From the IMG/VR virus record IMGVR_UViG_2740892234_000002: 19,616 nt of DNA; one strand, written 5' to 3'. The stretch is from a virus. Taxonomy: Duplodnaviria; Heunggongvirae; Uroviricota; Caudoviricetes. The position numbers were made by a program, and so were the translations under genes. Positions 1-9,378 of the stretch are shown here, piece by piece (the first letter of the stretch is position 1; each line of letters starts with the position of its first letter). The notes under the pieces are model-generated. The model saw only the letters and a program-made list of their open reading frames with translations, was not told where the DNA came from and did not search any database.

Positions 1-1149
1 ATCCGGCATCACCACATTACTGCGGTTATAGGTCCACACCTTATCCGACGGTCGGTCCTGCACGAACGTCAGCGTCTGCCCGTTCCATACCGGCATACAG
101 CGCATCGCAGAGCAGAAATCACTGAGCACATCCCACGCCTTGCGCTGTGTGGTCAGGTACGCATTACAGGTGATGCGCGGCTCCGTGCCGCCAAAGCCAT
201 CCGGCACCGACTGATCGCAATGCTGGCCGATGACATACAGCGCCCATTTGTCCACATCCGCCGCACCAAGACGTTTCCCCATGCCGTAGCGCGGATGGGT
301 CAGCATATCCCACAGACACCAGGCCATGTTGTTGCTGTATGCTGGCTTAAACGTTCCGTCCCAGATACCGCTGTATTGCCGCGTCTGCGGGTTATAGTTC
401 GACGGCACCTGCAGAATGCGCCCGCGCAGATGATAATTACGGCTCACCAGCTGGCTGCCGAACTGCTCCGAATCCACCTGCACGCCGACCAGTGCCGTGT
501 TCGGGTAGCACTGTTTCACATCGATGATTTCGGTGTATGACGACCAGAGCGTTTTGTTCTGCAGCTGGTCTGTGGTGCTGTCCGGCGTCATCCTGCGCAT
601 CCGTATATTGAACGGGCGCGGCGGCAGGTTACCCACCACCACCGAGGCCAGATACTGCGAGGTGGTTTTGCCCTTAATGGTGATGTCTTTTTCCGTCACC
701 CAGCCACCATTACGCTGGATCTGAACCAGCAGGCGGACTTCCGACGGATTCCTGTCCCCCTTTGAGGTGGTTTCCACCAGTGCCTGCACGCCGAAGGTAA
801 AACGCAGTCGGTCAATGTTTGCCGACGTGATGGTCCGGGTGATCGGCGTGTCGTATTTCACTTCCGTACCCAGCACCGTCTCGGAGCCGGAGGATTCAAA
901 TCCCTCCGGCGGTGTCTGCTCCTGCTCACCGGCCCGGAACACCACCGTGACGCCGGAGATATTGGTATTCCCCTCACTGTCCAGCACTGGCGTACTGTTC
1001 AGCAGCACGCTTTTTAATCCATCCACCGGACCTTCANNNNNNNNNNCCGGCCCTTCGCTGATGGCATCGATCACACTCAGCAACTGCGTGGACTTCAGGT
1101 TGTCCTTCGCTTCGCGCGGAGTATGCCCCTTACTGCTGCCTTTACCCAT
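1..1149 (-). CDS. J: Tail tip/central tail fibre protein J, N-terminal ~380 aa only (gene continues past window start); contains a 10-N gap at 1037-1046
   Basis: Minus-strand translation from ~1149 reads MGKGSSKGHTPREAKDNLKSTQLLSVIDAISEGP, matching the lambda gpJ N-terminus from memory; the window start translates to VWTYNRSNVVMPD, also J-like. Not in ORF track because of the N run. Confidence 0.85.
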   Translation of the reverse strand, partial: MGKGSSKGHTPREAKDNLKSTQLLSVIDAISEGPXXXXEGPVDGLKSVLLNSTPVLDSEGNTNISGVTVVFRAGEQEQTPPEGFESSGSETVLGTEVKYDTPITRTITSANIDRLRFTFGVQALVETTSKGDRNPSEVRLLVQIQRNGGWVTEKDITIKGKTTSQYLASVVVGNLPPRPFNIRMRRMTPDSTTDQLQNKTLWSSYTEIIDVKQCYPNTALVGVQVDSEQFGSQLVSRNYHLRGRILQVPSNYNPQTRQYSGIWDGTFKPAYSNNMAWCLWDMLTHPRYGMGKRLGAADVDKWALYVIGQHCDQSVPDGFGGTEPRITCNAYLTTQRKAWDVLSDFCSAMRCMPVWNGQTLTFVQDRPSDKVWTYNRSNVVMPD

Positions 1150-1208
1150 TCCTCACGCTCCATAAACGACAAAACCGCCCGGAGGCGGTTTCACATAAAC
1201 GTTTTTCA

Positions 1209-1880
1209 TCAGCGACCAATCACCACAACCTGACCACCATCCCCTTCGTCTGCCGTGCTGATCTCCTGAGAGACCACCCGCGACCCCACGCGCATTTCAC
1301 CGTACAGAACGGGCAGAACATTGCCCTGGGCAACCATGTTATCCAGTGAGGAGAAATAGGTGTTCTGCTTACCGTTATCCGTTGTCTGTGTACGGGGAGT
1401 TCTGGCTTTCGGTGCCAGCATCTGCGCCACACCACCAAGTACCATACTGGCACCGAGAGAAAACAGGATACCGGTCATACCACCGGCCCCAATGGCTGCC
1501 CCCCATGCTGCAAGGGTGGCTCCGGCAGTAAAGAATGATCCGGCAATGGCGGCAGCCCCCAGAACAATCTGGAATACGCCCCCTGACTTGGCCCCGGCGA
1601 CTCTGGGAACAATATGAATCACAGCGCCGTCAGGCAGAACCTCATGTAACTGCGCCGTCAATCCGGACGTGCTGACGTCCCGCCCGGCAATCCGTACCTG
1701 ATACCAGCCGTCGCTCAGTTTCTGACGAAACGCCGGGAGCTGTGTGGCCAGTGCGCGGATGGCTTCAGCCCCCGTTTTCACACGAAGGTCGATGCGGCGG
1801 CCAAATCGTTGCAAATCCCCGTAAAGGCAGATGCGTGCCATGCCCGGTGACGCCAGAGGGAGTGTGTGCGTCGCTGCCAT
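1209..1880 (-). CDS. I: Tail tip assembly protein I (223 aa)
   Basis: ORF track 1209..1880; protein MAATHTLPLASPGMARICLYGDLQRFGRR... is near-identical to lambda gpI as I recall it; same length as lambda. Confidence 0.93.
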   Translation of the reverse strand: MAATHTLPLASPGMARICLYGDLQRFGRRIDLRVKTGAEAIRALATQLPAFRQKLSDGWYQVRIAGRDVSTSGLTAQLHEVLPDGAVIHIVPRVAGAKSGGVFQIVLGAAAIAGSFFTAGATLAAWGAAIGAGGMTGILFSLGASMVLGGVAQMLAPKARTPRTQTTDNGKQNTYFSSLDNMVAQGNVLPVLYGEMRVGSRVVSQEISTADEGDGGQVVVIGR

Positions 1881-2521
1881 TTGTCGGTATACCTCTCTCG
1901 TTTGCTCAGTTGTTCAGGAATATGGTGCAGCAGCTCGCCGTCACCACAGTAAATGGCGGCATGATTCGGCACCGATGAACCAAAACAGCACAGCAGCACA
2001 TCGCCCGGCTGCGCCGCTGACAACGGCACCTGATACAGCCCTGTGGCCTCCAGATTATCCAGATAGAGATTCTGACCGTGACGCCACCAGTCATCCCCGC
2101 GATGAAAATCCGGCATCTCAATCCCCGCCAGATGATAAGCATCCCGGAACAGCGTGTAACAGTCCGTCACCCCGTGCTCAAAGCGCCGCCCGGTGAGATG
2201 CGGCACACAGCGGAACTTATGAATCGTCCCCCGGCAGACCAGCCACCACGGCAAATCACTCTGCACCTGCAGCCGCCGGTCGGCCTCACTCAGCCAGGGC
2301 AGACCACCGGGGTGGCTGTGGACCAGCGCCACAATCTCACCCTGCATCTCTGCCCGCAGCCAGTCCTCCGGCGACATCCGGAAATACGCCTCCGGCTCAC
2401 CGGAGATATTCACGCTGGGAAAATATCTTTCCCCCTCCGGCGTTCTCACCACGAAGCCGCACGATTCCGCTGGCGCACATCGCCGGGCGTGCGCCAGAAT
2501 CGCTGATTCTGTCTGTGTCAT
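1778..2521 (-). CDS. K: Tail tip assembly protein K (JAMM/MPN plus NlpC/P60-like); start taken at MTQTESAIL inside ORF 1778..2596
   Basis: HSHPGGLPWLSEAD JAMM-type motif and Cys/His NlpC/P60-like motifs; position between L and I; start immediately after the L stop. 3' end overlaps I start by ~100 nt in another frame. Confidence 0.85.
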   Translation of the reverse strand: MTQTESAILAHARRCAPAESCGFVVRTPEGERYFPSVNISGEPEAYFRMSPEDWLRAEMQGEIVALVHSHPGGLPWLSEADRRLQVQSDLPWWLVCRGTIHKFRCVPHLTGRRFEHGVTDCYTLFRDAYHLAGIEMPDFHRGDDWWRHGQNLYLDNLEATGLYQVPLSAAQPGDVLLCCFGSSVPNHAAIYCGDGELLHHIPEQLSKRERYTDKWQRRTHSLWRHRAWHASAFTGICNDLAAASTFV

Positions 2522-2525
2522 GGGA

Positions 2526-3224
2526 TTACTGCGAAAGTTTGTTAATGGAAAGGAAGCCGCCAAAGTTGCCGACGTTATTGCGAAACTTACAACCACTCAG
2601 GCATTTGCTGCATTTATCCTTCGTGATATCGGACGTCGGCTGGTCATATTCATCAGCGACAGCCGGACCGCTATAACCGCACTCATCACCGCGATAGGTC
2701 CAGGTGCAGGTGTTGGCCAGCATGATACGTCCCGGAAAAACAGCGCCATCCGTTTCCGTCGGCGTGGACAGTACAAAGGAGGCACTCACCGCGCTCAGTT
2801 CGCTGCACTGCTCGATGCGCCAGCGGCTGATCACCTCCTGCTCCGGATCGGCGTCACTGTTTCCGTTGACGAAGTTCACCGCATCCAGAAAACGGGCGTA
2901 AACCTTACGCCGGACCACCGTTCCGCCGACCAGACTCTGCAGATCTTCCGCCATCCCGGTGACCATACCGTACAGGTTAGAAACCGTCAGCGTGGGGCGC
3001 GTACTGGTGCCTTTGCCATTCAGTTCAAAACCACTCCCCTGAATGGGATACGGCTGATACTGTCGCCCCTGCCAGGTGACCGGCTCACCTTTTTCGTTCT
3101 GCTCATTACAGAAAAAATAACGTTCTCCACCGACCTCTGTCAGGTCGATTTCCCAGAGCACCACGCTGGCCGACTGCTCCGCACGGGTGCATTCATTCAA
3201 TGTTTCCTGCCGGACATCCTGCAT
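2526..3224 (-). CDS. L: Minor tail protein L (232 aa)
   Basis: ORF track; MQDVRQETLNECTRAEQSASVVLWEIDLTEVGGERYFFCNEQ... matches lambda gpL in sequence and length. Confidence 0.93.
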   Translation of the reverse strand: MQDVRQETLNECTRAEQSASVVLWEIDLTEVGGERYFFCNEQNEKGEPVTWQGRQYQPYPIQGSGFELNGKGTSTRPTLTVSNLYGMVTGMAEDLQSLVGGTVVRRKVYARFLDAVNFVNGNSDADPEQEVISRWRIEQCSELSAVSASFVLSTPTETDGAVFPGRIMLANTCTWTYRGDECGYSGPAVADEYDQPTSDITKDKCSKCLSGCKFRNNVGNFGGFLSINKLSQ

Positions 3225-3553
3225 CAGTTCACCACCTGTTCAAACTCTGCGCTGAACTCAACACGCAACATACTGACCTGCGACGACCATTTTGCGCAGG
3301 TCACCTTTATCTGCCTGTAACCATAAGGCGGCGTCCACAGAAAGGCCTTCCAGCCCCCGTGCTCAGCCAGAAACGACTCCAGCGCCGTGGCCTCCTCACG
3401 GGAGACAGACAGCGTCACGCTGTACGTTTTCAGGTCAGCGTTCAGCCCGGCAGGCGCACGCTGGGAATAGCCATCACCAAAGCGCACCGCCCTGACGGAA
3501 GGAGCCGATGTCACATCCATCCCGGGTTTCACTTTCCAGCGGAAGGTTTTCAT
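3224..3553 (-). CDS. M: Minor tail protein M (109 aa)
   Basis: ORF track; MKTFRWKVKPGMDVTSAPSVRAVRFGDGYSQRAPAGLNADLKTYSVTLS... matches lambda gpM in sequence and length. Confidence 0.93.
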   Translation of the reverse strand: MKTFRWKVKPGMDVTSAPSVRAVRFGDGYSQRAPAGLNADLKTYSVTLSVSREEATALESFLAEHGGWKAFLWTPPYGYRQIKVTCAKWSSQVSMLRVEFSAEFEQVVN

Positions 3554-6099
3554 CGTCCACCTCCGGAGAACAGACCACCATCGCGCATCTGTGCCTGAAT
3601 TTCATCACGGGCACCCTTGCGGGCCATGTCATACACGGCCTTCAGCATCTGTGGACCTGGCAGACCATTCGTACCGTCGTTCTGAATCACCACGTTGTTG
3701 TTCTGCTCAAATCTGATACCCTCTGAACGCCGCATTTGCGCCGGACTTCCGGTGCCACCGACATAACCACCGGTGGCATAGCCGCGCATCAGCCGGTAAA
3801 GATTTCCCACGCCAATCCGGCTGGTTGCCTCCTTCGTGAAGACAAATTCACCACGGTGAACAATCCCCGCTGGCTCATATTTGCCGCCGGTTCCCGTAAA
3901 TCCTCCGTTCGCAAAATGGAATTTCGCCGCAGCTGCCTGAATGGCTGTGCCGCCTGACGCTGATGCGCCGCCGCCAATGGCGCTGCCTATACTTCCGACA
4001 ATCCCCACCATTGCCTGCTTAAGCAGAATTTCTGTCATCATGGACAGCACGGAACGGGTGAAGCTGCGCCAGTTCTGCTCACTGCCGGTCAGCATCGCTG
4101 CCATATTCTGTGCAATACCATCAAAGGTCTGCGTGGCTGCACTTTTTACCTGCGACATACTGTCCGTGGCGCTCTCTTCCCACTCACTCCAGCCGGACTT
4201 CAGGCCTGCCATCCAGCTCCCGCGAAGCTGGTCTTCAGCCGCCCAGGTCTTTTTCTGCTCTGACATGACGTTATTCAGCGCCAGAGGATTATCGCCATAC
4301 TGTTCCTTCAGGCGCTGTTCCGTGGCTTCCCGTTCTGCCTGCCGGTCAGTCAGCCCCCGGCTTTTCGCATCAATAGCGGCCCGTTTTGCCCGTTGCTGCT
4401 GTGCGAATTTATCCGCCTGCTGCGCCAGCGCGTTCAGGCGCTCCTGATACGTAACCTTGTCGCCAAGTGCAGCCAACTGGCGTTTATACTCCAGCGTCTC
4501 ATTTTTATGCGCCAGCAGGGATTTCTCCTGTGCAGACAGCTGGCGACGTTGCGCCGCCTCCTCCAGTACCGCGAACTGACTCTCCGCCTTCCACAAATCC
4601 CGGCGCTGCTGGCTGATTTTCTCATTTGCTCCGGCATGCTTCTCCAGCGTCCGGAGTTCAGCCTGAAGCGTCAGCAGGGCAGCATGAGCACTGTCTTCCT
4701 GACGATCGCCCGCAGACACCTTCACGCCGGACTGTTTCGGCTTTTTCAGCGTCGCTTCATAGTCCTTTTTCGCCGCCGCCATCAGCGTGTTGTAATCTGC
4801 CTGCAGGATTTTCCCGTCTTTCAGTGCCTTATTCAGTTCTTCCTGACGGGCGGTATATTTCTCCAGCGGCGTCTGCAGGCGTTCGTAAGCCTTCTGCGCC
4901 TCTTCGGTGTATTTCAGCCGTGACGCTTCGGTATCGCTCTGCTGCTGCGCATTTTTGTCCTGTTGAGTCTGCTGCTCAGCCTTCTTTCGGGCGGCTTCAA
5001 GCGCAAGACGGGCCTTTTCACGATCATCCCAGTAACGCGCCCGCGCTTCATCGTTAACAAAATAATCATCCTTGCGCAGATTCCAGATGTCGTCTGCTTT
5101 CTTAAACGCAGCCTCTGCCTTAATCAGCATCTCCTGCGCGGTATCAGGACGACCAATATCCAGCACCGCATCCCACATGGATTTGAAGGCCCGCGCTGTC
5201 CTGTCTGCCCATGTCTCCAGCGTGCCCATGTTCTCTTTCAGGCGGCGGGTCTGGTCATCAAACCCTTTCGTTGCGGCCTCGTTCGCCGCCTGCAATGCCC
5301 CGGCTTCATCGCCGGAACGCTGCAACTGAGCAACATACGCAATCTGCTCCGCCGTCACGTTATGGAACTGGCGTGCCATCGCCGTCAGCCCCGACGTCGG
5401 GTCTGTGGTCAGCTTCCCGAAGGCTTCAGCGACCTTGTCCACCTCCACGCCGGATGCAGAGGAGAAACGCGCCACACTCTGGCTGATGGACGCAATCTGA
5501 GCCTCACCGCTTACCCCCGCCTTAACCAGTGCGCTGAGTGACTCGCTGGTCTGGTTAAACGTCAGCCCTGCCGCCTGCCCGGCTCTGGACAGGACCAGCA
5601 TACGATCTGCCGTCAGTCCCGCCTGATTGCCGGAAAGGACCAGCGTTTTGTTGAAATCGGACAGGGTTGAGTTGCCCTGATACCAGGCATACGCCAGCGC
5701 ACCGGTCGCCACCGCCAGCGAGGTGGCCCCCACCATCGGCAGGGTGATCGCACCGGCAAGCCCCCTGAACATGGGGATCATCCCGCCGAAGGAGTCCTTA
5801 ACCTGACCACCCTGTTGCAGCAGGATCAGCCACGGACTTTGCCCGCCTGCAAGCTGCGTGGCCACGTCGGTGAACTGTGCAGGCAGCATACGCATGGCGG
5901 CTTTATACTGCCCGACGGAAATCCCCGCTTTCTGTGCAGCCAGCGCCTGTCGGCTCAGTGACTGTTCAACGACTGCCGCTGTTTTTTTCGCATCACTTTC
6001 CGTACCGGAAAAATGACGCCTGACTCTGGCCATCTGCTCGTCAAATCTGGCCGCATCCAGACTCAAATCAACGACCAGATCGCCTACCGGTTCAGCCAT
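3550..6099 (-). CDS. H: Tail tape measure protein H (849 aa)
   Basis: ORF track; MAEPVGDLVVDLSLDAARFDEQMARVRRHF... with coiled-coil middle and Gly-rich C-terminus; lambda gpH is 853 aa. Confidence 0.95.
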   Translation of the reverse strand: MAEPVGDLVVDLSLDAARFDEQMARVRRHFSGTESDAKKTAAVVEQSLSRQALAAQKAGISVGQYKAAMRMLPAQFTDVATQLAGGQSPWLILLQQGGQVKDSFGGMIPMFRGLAGAITLPMVGATSLAVATGALAYAWYQGNSTLSDFNKTLVLSGNQAGLTADRMLVLSRAGQAAGLTFNQTSESLSALVKAGVSGEAQIASISQSVARFSSASGVEVDKVAEAFGKLTTDPTSGLTAMARQFHNVTAEQIAYVAQLQRSGDEAGALQAANEAATKGFDDQTRRLKENMGTLETWADRTARAFKSMWDAVLDIGRPDTAQEMLIKAEAAFKKADDIWNLRKDDYFVNDEARARYWDDREKARLALEAARKKAEQQTQQDKNAQQQSDTEASRLKYTEEAQKAYERLQTPLEKYTARQEELNKALKDGKILQADYNTLMAAAKKDYEATLKKPKQSGVKVSAGDRQEDSAHAALLTLQAELRTLEKHAGANEKISQQRRDLWKAESQFAVLEEAAQRRQLSAQEKSLLAHKNETLEYKRQLAALGDKVTYQERLNALAQQADKFAQQQRAKRAAIDAKSRGLTDRQAEREATEQRLKEQYGDNPLALNNVMSEQKKTWAAEDQLRGSWMAGLKSGWSEWEESATDSMSQVKSAATQTFDGIAQNMAAMLTGSEQNWRSFTRSVLSMMTEILLKQAMVGIVGSIGSAIGGGASASGGTAIQAAAAKFHFANGGFTGTGGKYEPAGIVHRGEFVFTKEATSRIGVGNLYRLMRGYATGGYVGGTGSPAQMRRSEGIRFEQNNNVVIQNDGTNGLPGPQMLKAVYDMARKGARDEIQAQMRDGGLFSGGGR

Positions 6100-6526
6100 A
6101 CCGGACTCCTCCTGCGATCCCTTCTGATACTGTCATCAGCATTACATCATCCTCCGTCATGTCCGCCACATCCGGGGAAGTAGGGATAACTTCATTCCCG
6201 TCCGGGCCAAAGCGGACACCTCCGGCAAGCCCTGCCGCTTTCTGCATCAGCACATCATCTTCAGGCTCTTCGTCAGCCTCGCGCCGGTTCAGCAGACTGA
6301 AATCCAGCGGATGCATATCCGGATCGCTGAAAAACAGGCTGAGCACGGTGTACGTCAGCCCGGAAAAGTGCATATCCAGCAGAACATCATGAAAATAATG
6401 GGTACTGTAAAAGCGGTGCCAGTCGGCATACTCCGTGGATGACATCCCGGCAAGCATGGCGCGCCAGTCAGGTCGCCCCATCTCACGCGCCAGTTTCAGG
6501 GCAAAACTCAGCTCACCGTCGAACAC
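6092..6526 (-). CDS. T: Tail assembly chaperone T reading frame, expected to be made only as a G-T fusion by -1 frameshift
   Basis: ORF track 6092..6526 (…FDGELSFALKLAREMGRPDWRAMLAGMS…) in the -1 frame relative to the G 3' end; the leading M is an ORF-finder start, not a real initiator. Confidence 0.85.
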   Translation of the reverse strand: MFDGELSFALKLAREMGRPDWRAMLAGMSSTEYADWHRFYSTHYFHDVLLDMHFSGLTYTVLSLFFSDPDMHPLDFSLLNRREADEEPEDDVLMQKAAGLAGGVRFGPDGNEVIPTSPDVADMTEDDVMLMTVSEGIAGGVRYG

Positions 6527-6930
6527 TTTCCCGCAGAAACAGGCTCTGCAGGCCCGGCGTCCTCTGCCTGTTCAGGGGCATCATTCACCACAAACTCATA
6601 CATACCGGACAGCCGGTACACCACGTTTTCAGCATGAGAAATTGCCTCTGTAGGCCAGGTGGTAAGCACTTCCTGCTCAATCTGTTTAACGGCTTCATTC
6701 ATGGAAGGCAGCTTTGTCTTCTGCGGATGGTTATGCCACAGGGACATCGCTACCACAAAAGCACCGGTTCTGATGGCGTCTTCCACAGTAAACTTCCGGT
6801 TGCTGTCTGACTCCGCCTGTTCTGCCTGCCGTTTCATCAGGGCGAGATGCTCAATACGCTGCAGGGCTGACAGTTCAGAAAGCGTGACGGTCACGCCGTT
6901 ATGTTCAAATGATTCGGTTTTCAGGAACAT
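6508..6930 (-). CDS. G: Tail assembly chaperone G (140 aa)
   Basis: ORF track; MFLKTESFEHNGVTVTLSELSALQRIEHLALMKRQ... matches lambda gpG. Confidence 0.93.
   Translation of the reverse strand: MFLKTESFEHNGVTVTLSELSALQRIEHLALMKRQAEQAESDSNRKFTVEDAIRTGAFVVAMSLWHNHPQKTKLPSMNEAVKQIEQEVLTTWPTEAISHAENVVYRLSGMYEFVVNDAPEQAEDAGPAEPVSAGKCSTVS
6520..6535 (-). other. Programmed -1 ribosomal frameshift slippery heptamer GGGAAAG (G to G-T fusion)
   Basis: Minus strand reads ...tct gcg GGA AAG tgt tcg acg gtg agc tga in the G frame; a -1 slip gives GKVFDGELSF..., the T ORF. Coordinates +/-3 bp. Confidence 0.8.
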
Positions 6931-6945
6931 CGCTGACTCTCCGGA

Positions 6946-7686
6946 TTAACTGTCGGTGACAGTGATTTCTGCAACCGCAGCAAGTTCACCATTACCGGAT
7001 ACAACCGGAATGTTGACCTTACCTGCAGCAACGCCTTTCACGGTGATGGTCATACCACTGACCGACACGGTGGCTTTTGTTTTATCCGCTGACACCGCAC
7101 GGAAGCTCTTGTCAGTTGCGCCCTCCGGCTGGAATGCCACGGTCAGCGTGGTGCCCTGCCCTTTCACCACCGAGGAGCTGGCAGGCGTCACGGTCATACC
7201 GGTTGCCGCTGTTACCGTACTGCGATCTTCTGCCATTGACGGACGGCCCACATTGGTGACCTTCACCGTACGGGTGATCACTTCCTTCGCCGTCACCGCC
7301 TTACCGATACTGCTGACCCAGCCACGGAACACATCGACCGTGCCGTTCGGGAAGCGGATTTTATAGGCACGGGTATCACCTTCATTAAACCACGCCAGCA
7401 GCGCCTGCTGCCCCTGCTCTCCGGGCATCCACGCCAGCGTGAAGCTGGTATCTCCGGCGGATTTCTGCCCCTGCCCGGTCGCGGTCCAGTCCGCATCTTC
7501 ATCATCCAGGTAGTTATCATCGTAGGATTCTGCCGTCATCTCGCCCGGCGTCAGATCCTTCACCTTAGCCAGTCGCTGCCAGTCATCGTCTGACAACGGG
7601 TTTGCATAAGCATCACCCTTGCCGTTGTAAACCCACAGAGTGGTACCGGCACCTTTTACCGGCTCAAGGGGATTTGGTGTTGCCAT
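6946..7686 (-). CDS. V: Major tail tube protein V (246 aa) with C-terminal Ig-like domain
   Basis: ORF track; [42 protein letters not shown]...; C-terminal ...[29 protein letters not shown]... as in lambda gpV. Confidence 0.93.
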   Translation of the reverse strand: MATPNPLEPVKGAGTTLWVYNGKGDAYANPLSDDDWQRLAKVKDLTPGEMTAESYDDNYLDDEDADWTATGQGQKSAGDTSFTLAWMPGEQGQQALLAWFNEGDTRAYKIRFPNGTVDVFRGWVSSIGKAVTAKEVITRTVKVTNVGRPSMAEDRSTVTAATGMTVTPASSSVVKGQGTTLTVAFQPEGATDKSFRAVSADKTKATVSVSGMTITVKGVAAGKVNIPVVSGNGELAAVAEITVTDS

Positions 7687-7693
7687 ATCGTCC

Positions 7694-8089
7694 TCACATC
7701 TCGTATGTAATGGAATAAGTCAGATCTGCAGAACTCCATAACGCCATATCGTCATCACGACGATACTCATAGCCCTGCGTAACCATCGTGGTAATCAGTC
7801 CTGCCAGTGCCGGGATCGCGGTCATCGCCGGGTAAATCCGGCTTTCCATCCACTGATCAAGCTCTGAATCCGGTACCTGTGCCGGTAAAAACACCTCAAT
7901 ATGCAGCGTGGCCCGCCAGGTATCTGCATCCAGCTCTTCACCGGTATACTCTGCATCCGTCAGATAAACCGCGATCGCAGGAAAATCCTCTTCGTCAAAA
8001 ACAACGGGGCGACCATCAAACAGCGTCGCCCCGTGTTCATGCTGCTCGAGTGCATCCAGCACTGCGGCACGAATGTCAGTGTGTTTCAT
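7694..8089 (-). CDS. U: Tail terminator protein U (131 aa)
   Basis: ORF track; [44 protein letters not shown]... lambda gpU-like, same length. Confidence 0.9.
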   Translation of the reverse strand: MKHTDIRAAVLDALEQHEHGATLFDGRPVVFDEEDFPAIAVYLTDAEYTGEELDADTWRATLHIEVFLPAQVPDSELDQWMESRIYPAMTAIPALAGLITTMVTQGYEYRRDDDMALWSSADLTYSITYEM

Positions 8090-8619
8090 CGTTTTATTGC
8101 AATCCTCAGTTGTTGTTTCAGCGCGGATGCCAGTTCTTTAGGCAGTCGTTCACACCGGATACGGTCAACATTCTCATCAAATGCCTGTTTCAGTGGGGCC
8201 GCCATCGGGATTTTCACCACATCAATGGGGTAACGGTTTTTCCCGGCCACACGCTGCATGACATGCCAGCGACCATTTTTTAATCGCTGAATAAATGCCC
8301 GCTGATACCGATGCTGACCGGCTTTAAGTATGCTGTCCGGGCGACGCCCCGGCATCCTGATCCCCAGCTTAATCACAGGGAGATCACCGCGGTTAACGAT
8401 AATTCTGGCATTCGGATTTCTGACCGTCGCCCGTTTCAGTCTGGACCGTTCCTTAACCAGTTTCCGGCGAACCTTTGTCTCCCGGGCAACCTGTGATGAA
8501 GACTGATTAATCGCCGTTGTGGCCACGCGGTTAATGGCCATTGCTGAAGCCGCCGGAATGGCGTTTTTACGAACCCGGCTCAGATTGTCAATCGCCTGAT
8601 CAAGCCCTTTTATCGCCAT
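8086..8619 (-). CDS. Z: Tail completion protein Z (177 aa)
   Basis: ORF track; MAIKGLDQAIDNLSRVRKNAIPAASAMAINRVATTAINQSSSQVARETKVRRKLVKER... lambda gpZ-like. Confidence 0.9.
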   Translation of the reverse strand: MAIKGLDQAIDNLSRVRKNAIPAASAMAINRVATTAINQSSSQVARETKVRRKLVKERSRLKRATVRNPNARIIVNRGDLPVIKLGIRMPGRRPDSILKAGQHRYQRAFIQRLKNGRWHVMQRVAGKNRYPIDVVKIPMAAPLKQAFDENVDRIRCERLPKELASALKQQLRIAIKR

Positions 8620-8634
8620 AATTTCACCCTGCGT

Positions 8635-8988
8635 TTATCGTCGCCGGTTAACTGCGGGTGGTTGCCCACGGTTGAGCCAGAGATAACAGCTGCCCCCGTC
8701 ATCCGGAGAAACACGATCCACCCAGAATATCTCACCATTAATGGTCAGCGTGTCACCACGCCGCACGGCACGAACCGTATCCGTCCGCACAAATAATGAC
8801 GGGCTGCTTCCTTCAATACGGACCCCGCCACCGGCAAACCCCAGCGACTCCGGATCGTCAAAAACCCCCTGAACTTCGCTGCCACACTGTGCCCCCGAGG
8901 TGAACTGCGCACAGAGCCCCATCACTTCAACAATCGTGCTGTCCACCCCGGCAAGGGCAGCATCAAAGGCATTCTGAAAATCACGCAT
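8635..8988 (-). CDS. FII: Head-tail joining protein FII (117 aa)
   Basis: ORF track; ...GVFDDPESLGFAGGGVRIEGSSPSLFVRTDTVRAVRRGDTLTINGEIFWVDRVSPDDGGSCYLWL... lambda gpFII-like. Confidence 0.9.
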   Translation of the reverse strand: MRDFQNAFDAALAGVDSTIVEVMGLCAQFTSGAQCGSEVQGVFDDPESLGFAGGGVRIEGSSPSLFVRTDTVRAVRRGDTLTINGEIFWVDRVSPDDGGSCYLWLNRGQPPAVNRRR

Positions 8989-9364
8989 GCTCAGCCGTTC
9001 CGTGCTGTATCATGGCTGTCGCCAGTGGTGATGGCACCAGAACACGCATGCCCCGGTACGTCAGTTCAACGGGACGGCCTGTCTCCGGGCAATACCCCAT
9101 CACATGCAGGCATTTCCGCACACGGACCGCTTTAACATCATCCGTAGCATCAGTGTTGTGCAACTGCTCACCATCGTCTGTGTGATTTTGCTCAGGCCCG
9201 CTCTCATCACCAGGCATAATGCCCTCCCGGGAAGCAGCAAGCTCCTCTTCCCACTCAGACACACGTTGCGCAATATCCGCAGCACTCCCCGACATATCCG
9301 CCTCGCGCCCCAGCAGGCCAGCCAGTTGACGAAGACGTTTCTGATTTTCTTCTTTTGTTGCCAT
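8981..9364 (-). CDS. FI: DNA packaging protein FI-like (acidic); start taken at MATKEENQKRL inside ORF 8981..9412
   Basis: Position between E and FII; acidic small protein; a G-rich ribosome-binding site (GGGGG) precedes the internal ATG. Sequence diverged from lambda FI, so the call is mainly positional. Start +/-3 bp. Confidence 0.65.
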   Translation of the reverse strand: MATKEENQKRLRQLAGLLGREADMSGSAADIAQRVSEWEEELAASREGIMPGDESGPEQNHTDDGEQLHNTDATDDVKAVRVRKCLHVMGYCPETGRPVELTYRGMRVLVPSPLATAMIQHGTAEHA

Positions 9365-9378
9365 ATCAGCCCCCTGTG

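Noticed and set aside
220-1165. Plus-strand ORFs 220..540, 524..724 and 767..1165 (66-132 aa)
   Set aside because: They lie antisense to the J coding sequence, which gives a convincing lambda gpJ translation on the minus strand; typical spurious ORFs in GC-rich antisense sequence.
1150-1211. 18-codon ORF (MKNVYVKPPPGGFVVYGA) in the I-J spacer overlapping the I stop
   Set aside because: Too short, no ribosome-binding site, and it overlaps the hairpin; more likely non-coding spacer.
2520-5541. Long plus-strand ORFs inside L, M and H (e.g. 2520..3320, 3941..4447, 4393..4923, 4963..5541)
   Set aside because: All are antisense to well-supported L, M and H genes; their translations are low-complexity and Arg/Leu/Ser-rich with no recognisable domains.
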